From the NCBI GenBank assembly GCA_048940805.1, contig JBHLOF010000006.1:3885-67884 (forward strand): a DNA stretch of 64,000 nucleotides, written 5' to 3'. Shown piece by piece: positions 56,676 through 64,000 of this stretch (within the stretch, counting starts at the first letter, position 1; every line of letters starts with the position of its first letter). The stretch is from Promethearchaeota archaeon (GTDB taxonomy: Archaea; Asgardarchaeota; Lokiarchaeia; Sigyniarchaeales; SOKP01). Under the pieces are notes generated by a model. That model was not told where the DNA came from, did no database searches, and saw only the letters and a program-made list of their open reading frames with translations. Made by a program: the position numbers and the translations under genes.

Positions 56676-59549
56676 CTATTTGTTATTTAGATACTTATTT
56701 AAATACTGAGCGGTATATGAGTGATTATTTCTAATTATTTCTTCAGGAGTACCAAAAATTACAATCTCTCCACCTTTTTCTCCACCTTCGGGACCAAGGT
56801 CAATGATATAATCTACTGATTTTATTATATCCATGTTGTGTTCAATAATTATTACAGTATTTCCTTTATCTACTAATTTCTGCAGAACATTAAGTAGAAA
56901 TTTGATATCATACATGTGTAATCCCGTTGTAGGCTCATCTAGTATGTATAAAGTATTTCCCGTACTTGTCTTTCTTAATTCTCGAGCAATTTTCAATCTT
57001 TGAGATTCTCCTCCACTTAAGGTAGTTGAGGATTGACCCAATTCTAAATACCCTAAGCCCACATCTACTACTGTCTGTATAGTTCTTTTTAAATTTGGGA
57101 TATTTTCAAAGAACTCTAGTGCTTGGCTAAAAGTCATTTTTAAAACATCTGATATCGTCTTCCCTTTGTATTTAATATCCAATGTCTCAGCATTATATCT
57201 TTTTCCCTTACACAAATCACACCGAATATATACATCAGGTAAGAAATACATTTCTTTCAGAATATATCCTGTACCATTACATTTCTTACAATGCCCCGAT
57301 TTTGTATTGAAACTGAATCTCCCTTTTTTATATCCTCTTTCTTTTGATTCCATTAATCCTGCAAAGAGTTCTCTAATATAATCCAGAGCTTTCGTATATG
57401 TTGCAGGGACCGATCTTGGTGTCCTCCCTATTGGGGATTGATCAATATTTATGATTTTATCAATTTTATCGTATCCCTTGATTGATACAAAATCTCCTTG
57501 TTTTATTTTTGAACTACGTGTATTTATCAGATTATGCAACCCTTTGTACAAACAATCTATAATAAGACTAGTTTTGCCAGCTCCTGAAACACCAGTTACA
57601 CAGTTGAATACACCTAAAGGTATTTTAACATTTATGTTTTTAAGATTATTTTCTCGAGCACCTAAAATTTCAATAGATTCGTCGGTAGATGCCCGTCGAT
57701 TTTTGGGGATCTCTATTACTTCTTTGCCTGATAAAAATTTTCCAGTTAATGTATCAGAAGTGGAAATTTCTTCAAGTGTTCCTTCAGCTACTATTTCTCC
57801 TCCATGTTCACCAGCTAATGGTCCTAAATCAATTATATGATCAGCATTTTGCATTATTGCTTCATCATGCTCTACCACAAGTACAGTATTACCTATATCT
57901 CTTAATTTCTTCAACATTTTGATTAGTCGATTGATATCTCTTTGATGTAAACCAACACTTGGCTCATCCAAGACATATAAAACCCCAACTAGACTTGAAC
58001 CTAATTGGGTGGCTAATCTAATCCTTTCGGCTTCACCTACAGACAATGTGTCTGACCGACGACTCAAAGAAATATAATCTAAACCAACATTTTCTAAAAA
58101 TGATAATCGGTCCATTATTTCTTTCATTACTTCCTTAACAATTGTTTTCTCTGTTTCATTCAACTTTAAATTTTCAAAAAATTTAACAGATTCTTTAACA
58201 GACAAGTCGCTCAATTCTGCGATGTTCAAATCATTTATTGTTACCGATAAACTCTCTTGTCTTAAACGTTTTCCTTTACATTGGGGGCAATCCACACGAT
58301 TCATAAAACCTTCATAGGTATCACGAGCCCAATCAGATCGTGTCTCCATATATCTTCTATGTAACATGGGAATTATTCCTTCAAATGGCCTTACAACATC
58401 CCAGGAAGATTTGTATTCCCCATTTTGATTTCTATAATCATTACCGTTGCTTTCAAAATGAAACTGAATCGATTCATTCTCAGATCCAAATAAAATTTTT
58501 TGAAGGTTAACGGGATCAATTTCTTTTAGTGGTGTTTTATTTGCATTAAATCCATAATGTTTTGATACTTGTTCCAAAGATTGCCAGAAATAACTTGTCA
58601 AAGATCCACATCCAGGAATATCTCTGATTGGTGTATCTTTAAGGGGAATAGTTAAATCATTCCCTATTATTGAGCTATAATCGAATTCCATAACAGTGCC
58701 TAAACCACTACAGTATTTACAACTACCATGAGGAATGTTAAATGAAAACATCTTATGATCTAATTGTGGGAAGGATGTTTTACAATCAGTACAAGCAAGA
58801 TGTTCTGAATAAATTTGTTCTTTTTTGTTAACAATTTCAATAATCACTAGACCTTGTGCTAAATCTAAAGCAGTTTCAATGGAATCCGCCAATCTTGTTT
58901 TGATTTCAGGACGCATGACAAGCCTATCAACAATAACATTGATATTATGCTTTACATTCTTTTCCATTAATATTTCTTCATCTAATGTATACTGAATTCC
59001 ATCAATCTCAACTCTCACATAACCTTGCTTCTTTAAATCTTGAAGAAGCTCTTTATATTCCCCTTTACGATCTCGAATAAGGGGAGCTTTAATTATAAAC
59101 TTCTGGTTTGGCTTTATTGAATTTAATACAATTTGAATTATTTGTTGAGGAGTTTGTGGTTTAATTTCTTTTCCACATGTGGGGCAGTGAGGAATTCCAA
59201 TATTCGCAAACAATAATCTATAATAATCATAAATCTCTGTGACTGTTCCTACAGTACTTCTTGGATTTTTCGAAAGTGGTTTTTGCTCAATTGCAATTGC
59301 AGGAGACAAACCTTCGATTGAATCTACATCAGGCTTATCCATCTCACCTAAAAATTGTCTGGCATAACTTGATAATGATTCTAAAAATCTTCTTTGCCCT
59401 TCTGCATATAGAGTGTCCATTGCTAGGCTAGATTTTCCACTTCCACTAATTCCTGTAATAACTACAAGTTTATTACGAGGAATAATAACGTCAATGTTTT
59501 TAAGGTTGTTCTGCCTCGCTCCTCTAATAATAATTGAATTCTGACTCAT
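56676..59549 (-). CDS. uvrA: Excinuclease ABC subunit A
   Basis: 957 aa. Two ABC modules (GISGSGKSS, GVSGAGKTS), interspersed zinc modules (CPTCG, CKYCSG, CPQCKG, CKKCNG) and LSGGESQR signatures. Confidence 0.95.
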   Translation of the reverse strand: MSQNSIIIRGARQNNLKNIDVIIPRNKLVVITGISGSGKSSLAMDTLYAEGQRRFLESLSSYARQFLGEMDKPDVDSIEGLSPAIAIEQKPLSKNPRSTVGTVTEIYDYYRLLFANIGIPHCPTCGKEIKPQTPQQIIQIVLNSIKPNQKFIIKAPLIRDRKGEYKELLQDLKKQGYVRVEIDGIQYTLDEEILMEKNVKHNINVIVDRLVMRPEIKTRLADSIETALDLAQGLVIIEIVNKKEQIYSEHLACTDCKTSFPQLDHKMFSFNIPHGSCKYCSGLGTVMEFDYSSIIGNDLTIPLKDTPIRDIPGCGSLTSYFWQSLEQVSKHYGFNANKTPLKEIDPVNLQKILFGSENESIQFHFESNGNDYRNQNGEYKSSWDVVRPFEGIIPMLHRRYMETRSDWARDTYEGFMNRVDCPQCKGKRLRQESLSVTINDLNIAELSDLSVKESVKFFENLKLNETEKTIVKEVMKEIMDRLSFLENVGLDYISLSRRSDTLSVGEAERIRLATQLGSSLVGVLYVLDEPSVGLHQRDINRLIKMLKKLRDIGNTVLVVEHDEAIMQNADHIIDLGPLAGEHGGEIVAEGTLEEISTSDTLTGKFLSGKEVIEIPKNRRASTDESIEILGARENNLKNINVKIPLGVFNCVTGVSGAGKTSLIIDCLYKGLHNLINTRSSKIKQGDFVSIKGYDKIDKIINIDQSPIGRTPRSVPATYTKALDYIRELFAGLMESKERGYKKGRFSFNTKSGHCKKCNGTGYILKEMYFLPDVYIRCDLCKGKRYNAETLDIKYKGKTISDVLKMTFSQALEFFENIPNLKRTIQTVVDVGLGYLELGQSSTTLSGGESQRLKIARELRKTSTGNTLYILDEPTTGLHMYDIKFLLNVLQKLVDKGNTVIIIEHNMDIIKSVDYIIDLGPEGGEKGGEIVIFGTPEEIIRNNHSYTAQYLNKYLNNK

Positions 59550-59924
59550 TTTTATAACTAATTTTTATAATCATCTATAAAACAAAAATTTCACGACTTT
59601 ATTTTATAAACCTTAAATTGTGTATTTTTGCTCCTAAGGTGTATCGGTTTTCTAATTATACGCTTAAATTTGATTGGGGGATATAAAATTAGTGTTAAAT
59701 TAAGATATAAGGGCAAGATCAAATATTAATGCATTAATTTTAGATTTAAAAAAATGTTTATTCCTTATTGTTAGGGATTCTTCTTGAACTCCGCTCCCTA
59801 AAATTCCAAATTCTTAATTAAGTTATTTTATTCAATTTAAAATTTATGCACTCATATCAGGATATATTTATGTCTAATTTTATATTTGAAACTGTATTTC
59901 TTGAATTTTAAGTTTAAGTTCAAT

Positions 59925-60668
59925 TTATTTATATTCAGATTCATCTACCACTAAATTTAGGTCGGTTAAACCTTTTTCAATTTTTTTTAATGTATATTTG
60001 CGAAATTCCTTGCTTGTAAAATTTCGAGTTTCAAATTGCATAAACTCCTCTACTTCTTTACCCTTTTTATTATTTGATTCTTCAATATCCCGCATGATGT
60101 ATTCAACCATAGCTGATCCTAACAATAAACTAAATATGAAGGACGAGAGCAAAGCAGCATTTTTTTCTTTGATTTCTCCTTTATCTATTGCTTTTTGAAT
60201 TATTCTAGCTGTTCCACCCAGAAAGCTAAATTGGGTATATTTTTTCTCAAAAGGTCCTGTTTTTTCTGACGGAGGGGACCGAATAATATGCATCATTCGA
60301 AAAGCAGCATAATCTTTTTCAGCAAATTCAAAAAAGTGATTAAAAATTCTAGATAATAATTCAACGGTTGATCCGCTGAATTCCTTAATGATTTCTCGGT
60401 TTTCATTGCGAAATTGTTCATAAAATTTCATTCTTATTGCAATCCATAATTCTCGTTTACTTTTTACATAATTATAGATATTATTCGGGCTCATACCTAA
60501 TTTTTTCGCTAATCCTCTTAGTGTAAATCCATCTTTTCCACGTTCTTGAAATAATTGTTTCCCAACTTCCAAAATTCTATCAAATTCTTGAGCTTTCTTC
60601 TCTGGTGATCTGCTTCTCGTATTTTTTTTGCTCTCACGGATACTTTTTACATTATTCATGGATTTCAC
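59925..60668 (-). CDS. TetR/AcrR-family transcriptional regulator
   Basis: 247 aa. N-terminal HTH FTLRGLAKKLGMSPNNIYNYVKSKRELW. It is divergent from the GRE-activase gene. Confidence 0.8.
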   Translation of the reverse strand: MKSMNNVKSIRESKKNTRSRSPEKKAQEFDRILEVGKQLFQERGKDGFTLRGLAKKLGMSPNNIYNYVKSKRELWIAIRMKFYEQFRNENREIIKEFSGSTVELLSRIFNHFFEFAEKDYAAFRMMHIIRSPPSEKTGPFEKKYTQFSFLGGTARIIQKAIDKGEIKEKNAALLSSFIFSLLLGSAMVEYIMRDIEESNNKKGKEVEEFMQFETRNFTSKEFRKYTLKKIEKGLTDLNLVVDESEYK

Positions 60669-60686
60669 AGAAAATAAAAATGAAGT

Positions 60687-60754
60687 TAAATTTACACAAT
60701 AAATTTATTAATATTTTTTTATTGAAGTACTTTTCTTTTTTTTACCAAGAAAAG
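60687..60754. promoter_or_regulatory. Candidate operator/promoter elements in the tetR / GRE-activase divergent intergenic region
   Basis: Two copies of the palindromic octamer TAAATTTA (60687-60694, 60700-60707) and an inverted repeat CTTTTCTT-N9-AAGAAAAG (60730-60754). The AT-rich background makes chance occurrence plausible. Confidence 0.2.
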
Positions 60755-60769
60755 ATTTAAAAAATTGAA

Positions 60770-61726
60770 ATGGTGTCGATTGTAGAGTCAAAATCCAAAG
60801 GTTTAATCTTTAAAATTGAGAGAATGGCAACTGACGACGGTCCTGGTGTTCGTACCACAATTTTTTTTAACAGATGCCCCCTAAATTGCATTTGGTGCCA
60901 CAATCCGGAATCAATTCCAAAAAAACCTCAACTCCAATGGATGGATCGTAAATGTATTGGTTGTAATAGTTGTATAGATGCTTGCCAAAATGAAGTTTTA
61001 TTTTTTGAAGAAGATGGTTTACATATTGATAGAGAGAAATGTAATAGTTGCGGAGATTGTGTAGAAGCTTGTCCCAGTACAGCATTAACCATGCTTGGCA
61101 CGTGGTGGGATGCAGAAATTCTTTTTCATGAAATAGAAAAAGAGAAAATATTTTTTGATAAAACCAAAGGGGGTATAACTGTTTCTGGTGGTGAACCTAC
61201 ATTTCAACCAGATTTTCTCTTACAATTACTAAAATTATGTAAGGAAAACGGTATTTCAACTGCTTTAGACACATGTGGATATTCAAGTAAAAAAGTTTAT
61301 CAAGATTTATTACCCTATGTTGATATAGTCCTTTTAGATATAAAGGTAATTGATTCTAAAGAGCATGAAGAATATACAGGCGTTCCAAATAAAAGAATTT
61401 TAGAAAATGCTAAATTGATTGCAAATTATATTAAAGAAAATGGGAGAATAATGTGGATAAGGACGCCAATAATACCACATTATAGTGCCACGGAAGCAAA
61501 CGTTAGAGGAATTGGAGAATTCATTGTAAATGATTTAAAGAATATTCCTGATCGATGGGATCTTTTAAGTTTTAATAAACTCTGCGAAATTAAATATACA
61601 AGATTAGGCAAGTCATGGCCTTTAAAAGATGAACCATTAATGACAAAAGATGAGATGGAACATTTTCTTGAAATTGCTAAACGTACAGGGGTAAAAAATG
61701 TTAAGTGGTCTGGTTTAACTCGTTGA
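60770..61726 (+). CDS. Glycyl-radical enzyme activating enzyme (radical SAM, with two auxiliary 4Fe-4S motifs)
   Basis: 318 aa. GPGVRTTIFFNRCPLNCIWCHNPE (CxxxCxxC), ferredoxin-like CIGCNSCIDAC and CNSCGDCVEAC, and GGEPT. Confidence 0.88.
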   Translation: MVSIVESKSKGLIFKIERMATDDGPGVRTTIFFNRCPLNCIWCHNPESIPKKPQLQWMDRKCIGCNSCIDACQNEVLFFEEDGLHIDREKCNSCGDCVEACPSTALTMLGTWWDAEILFHEIEKEKIFFDKTKGGITVSGGEPTFQPDFLLQLLKLCKENGISTALDTCGYSSKKVYQDLLPYVDIVLLDIKVIDSKEHEEYTGVPNKRILENAKLIANYIKENGRIMWIRTPIIPHYSATEANVRGIGEFIVNDLKNIPDRWDLLSFNKLCEIKYTRLGKSWPLKDEPLMTKDEMEHFLEIAKRTGVKNVKWSGLTR

Positions 61727-61880
61727 ATCGAAAAAAAACCGAATTGCAAATAATCTTTCTCTTATTGCTTATATTAAAATAAGAATTTCCTTTTAGATCT
61801 TACCCAAGAATATGATTTTGAATTATTCAATTTAAGAATGGAAAATAAAATAGAAAAAACTTAAAAAAAATGAACAAAAC

Positions 61881-64000
61881 TTATAATTCATTGAATACGG
61901 TTCGTGCGATAATATCCTCTTGAAGTGATCTTGCGAGGTCTATGAATCGAGCGGAGTAGCCTGTAACCTTAACTGAGAGGTCGGGATATTTTTCTGGATG
62001 AGCTTGTGCATCTCTTAGTGTTTCTGAACTTATTGGATTTATCTGTAGCTCTCGTCCTCCTAACTCTAAATAGGCCTCTACTATAGAAGCTAATTGATCG
62101 ACTCCTTCATCGGTCTCTATTAAGCTAGGATTAATTCTTATATTCATTGATGCTCCATTAGTTAAATGCGGTTCACTGGTTGCATAAGCTACTGATCGGA
62201 GTGTCATGGTAAGCCCATTCTTTTCCATACCGTTTCCAGGAGAAATGCCGTTTGATATAGCTTCACGGGCTAATCTTCCATCCGCAGTTGCCCCCAATGC
62301 TCTACCTTCCGCAACTTGTCCTCCAGAAGATACGAGGCAATTATGATATATACCATCACCGCCTCTCGCTTTATATTTTCTTGTAATATCGCATAGGGTA
62401 GAGGCGAACCATTTTGCAAGTTCGTCTGTTCGCTCATCACCATTTCCATATTTAGGAGCTTTATTTCGTAATTTTTCTCGAAGTTTTTCTGCTCCTTTGA
62501 AATTATTATTCATGTGGGTAACTAATTCTTCCATCGTCACTAATTTCTCTTCAAATACAGCCCAACGAATTGCTGCTAAGGAATCAGTAACAGTCGCTAA
62601 TCCTTGTGAGCCCATAGGGTTATTGTTATATTTAGCGCCGTTTCGAGTTGCGTCCATTCCGCTTTCGAGACATCCTTCTATGGTAGAGGAAAGTAATGGG
62701 GAAGGATAATAATCTGCAAATGCTTTATCCTTTAATTCAGCCTTTCTCACGGCGAGATCTATGGCAAATTTAAGCTGCTCTACATAGGCTTTCTTCACAT
62801 CTTCAAAAGATTTAAAAGTCTTAGCAGGGGGTGTTTTCGCTCCGACAGTCTTATTTCCTGAATAAATAGTACGCCCTTCATTTAATGCCATGTTAAGAAG
62901 GATTGTAATTTGAACAGCATTCCCTGCAGTATAAGAGAAATCATTACCAGTACCATGGGGTTCTACACATCCTACAAGTGAATAATCTCTAGCGTCCTCT
63001 AATGAATATCCCGTATTATTTAACTGTGGGACCAGAACTTCATCATTATGAATACCCATTCCGGCTGTATATTTGAAAGCTTCAATAGTTCTTTTCAAAA
63101 AATTATAGGGTGTCTTGGAAGAAATCCGTATCGAGATTGTATTCAATAAACTTTTCACATTTGCAACAGCCTCGAGAAACATGTATGACACATCGTTAGT
63201 AGCATCATTCCCAACTTTATCCAGTCCACCGATAGTTACATTATTCTGTCCTGCGATAACGACAGAGGCAAGTTTAACTAAATATTCTTCAACGAGTTCT
63301 AAAGCTTCATCATATGTAATACGACCTTCGGCTAAATCAACAATATAATATGGGTATAGATATTGATCAACCCGTCCTTGAGAAAATATATTCCCTGCAC
63401 CATAACTCATTTCCATAACAACATTAGTCATCCAAATTGATTGAAGTGCTTCTCTGAATGTTCTAGGGGGAAGTGCTGGTACTCGTTTTGTTCGTTCAGC
63501 AATATCTAATAGTTCAGCCTTTCGTGTTTCTGAAGCATTTTCTGCCATTCCCATTGCCAAATCTGCATAACGATTGGAATAATCACAGACCGCTCTTGCC
63601 GCTACGACTACTGATTCATAAAAATCTTTCCGTTGGTCATATTTGTCGTCTGTTTCCTTGAGTTTCGCAAGGCCTTCTCGCGCCATCTTTTCGATGCCTT
63701 TAAATCCCATTTTAAGAACTCGTCTATATCCTGGAACGACATGTCCTTGCATGCTAGCACCTGCAAATAAATCAGTACCACTCCGGGACCTACCCGTAGG
63801 ACCTAATGCAGCCCCTGTTTCAATTATGCCTGCTTCTTTCCAATATTCTCGCTTCCGAGCTGCTAAAGTTCTATCTTTCCAGAAGGGTATGATTTCATTT
63901 TTCAACTCATCCATTTCTTCCTTTGGTAAGGGAACATAACGATTAAGAAAGAATGAGCTTTTAGCAATCCCATCTCTTATTTTTTTATCTATTGAATCAT
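61881..64000 (-). CDS. Glycyl-radical enzyme, PFL2/glycerol-dehydratase-like class (5' end outside the window)
   Basis: C-terminal glycyl-radical motif VKVTGYSARF (Gly codon 61959-61961). The catalytic loop LVGCVEPHG has a single Cys plus Glu, not the CC of true PFL. The frame stays open past Met 63914 to the window edge. Confidence 0.88.
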   Translation of the reverse strand, partial: DSIDKKIRDGIAKSSFFLNRYVPLPKEEMDELKNEIIPFWKDRTLAARKREYWKEAGIIETGAALGPTGRSRSGTDLFAGASMQGHVVPGYRRVLKMGFKGIEKMAREGLAKLKETDDKYDQRKDFYESVVVAARAVCDYSNRYADLAMGMAENASETRKAELLDIAERTKRVPALPPRTFREALQSIWMTNVVMEMSYGAGNIFSQGRVDQYLYPYYIVDLAEGRITYDEALELVEEYLVKLASVVIAGQNNVTIGGLDKVGNDATNDVSYMFLEAVANVKSLLNTISIRISSKTPYNFLKRTIEAFKYTAGMGIHNDEVLVPQLNNTGYSLEDARDYSLVGCVEPHGTGNDFSYTAGNAVQITILLNMALNEGRTIYSGNKTVGAKTPPAKTFKSFEDVKKAYVEQLKFAIDLAVRKAELKDKAFADYYPSPLLSSTIEGCLESGMDATRNGAKYNNNPMGSQGLATVTDSLAAIRWAVFEEKLVTMEELVTHMNNNFKGAEKLREKLRNKAPKYGNGDERTDELAKWFASTLCDITRKYKARGGDGIYHNCLVSSGGQVAEGRALGATADGRLAREAISNGISPGNGMEKNGLTMTLRSVAYATSEPHLTNGASMNIRINPSLIETDEGVDQLASIVEAYLELGGRELQINPISSETLRDAQAHPEKYPDLSVKVTGYSARFIDLARSLQEDIIARTVFNEL

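Noticed and set aside
366-63939. Many ORFs of 60-146 aa in the six-frame track lie antisense to, or out of frame within, longer recognisable genes. Examples are 366-605, 2728-2931, 3168-3485, 3700-3918, 5226-5414, 6260-6457, 7219-7530, 9013-9336, 9411-9602, 12372-12605, 13152-13352, 13626-13835, 14579-14872, 16351-16707, 18324-18524, 18991-19344, 19522-19875, 21489-21674, 21906-22103, 22728-22952, 23164-23439, 25458-25733, 26740-27056, 28093-28287, 29504-29860, 30404-30586, 32859-33086, 35045-35648, 40268-40486, 42445-42885, 43957-44859, 47447-47853, 48166-48348, 50288-50551, 51094-52082, 54891-56439, 57166-57922, 59998-60198, 60867-61085, 61480-61749 and 62497-63939.
   Set aside because: Each is fully or largely overlapped by a longer ORF with clear family motifs. 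Their translations are low-complexity, Ser/Ile/Phe/Leu-rich shadows with no recognisable domains.
1-64000. Search for CRISPR arrays, transposases, integrases, prophage or defence-island hallmarks.
   Set aside because: I saw no regularly spaced direct repeats, no recombinase, transposase or Cas motifs, and no flanking tRNA or direct-repeat boundaries. The window looks like core chromosome.

Overview
This is an AT-rich (about 30% GC by eye) archaeal chromosomal segment with about 60 genes coded densely on both strands. I recognised no rRNA, tRNA, CRISPR array, transposase or integrase. The first 8 kb is a classic archaeal information-processing cluster: L24e, RpoN, L7Ae, S28e, Bud32, Kae1, S27ae, S24e, a DUF359-type dephospho-CoA kinase, Spt4 and RpoE'. 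The rest contains housekeeping genes: class I aldolase, pyrophosphatase, AMP-forming acetyl-CoA synthetase, TFB, Taw1, EngB, an EF-2 family protein, CCA-adding enzyme, aIF5B, UvrA, a heterodimeric ABC exporter, and a glycyl-radical enzyme with its activase. Mixed among them is an unusual density of eukaryotic-signature-type proteins. These are a gelsolin-domain protein, two Roadblock/LC7 proteins, a Rab/Ras-like GTPase, an Arf-like GTPase with long extensions, a tandem Rab-like pair (second copy frame-disrupted) and a HEAT-repeat protein. There is also a 1086-aa protein with a P-loop-less GTPase-like head and repeated helical modules. This content points to an Asgard (Lokiarchaeia-like) archaeon. 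The best candidates for something undescribed are: (1) the 32-40 kb locus holding the Arf-like GTPase, the pseudo-GTPase/solenoid giant and two tandem orphan paralogs; (2) a CoA-transferase-GNAT (Pat-like) fusion divergent from acs; (3) an EF-2 family gene with a non-canonical diphthamide loop; (4) an operon-like set of zinc-ribbon membrane proteins plus a multi-winged-helix protein; (5) a locally GC-rich, hairpin-rich element in a 785-bp divergent intergenic region. Two genes (L7Ae and the second Rab-like GTPase) have frame or start anomalies at short homopolymer runs, which may be assembly indels. All functional calls come from motif recognition by eye; no database search was run.
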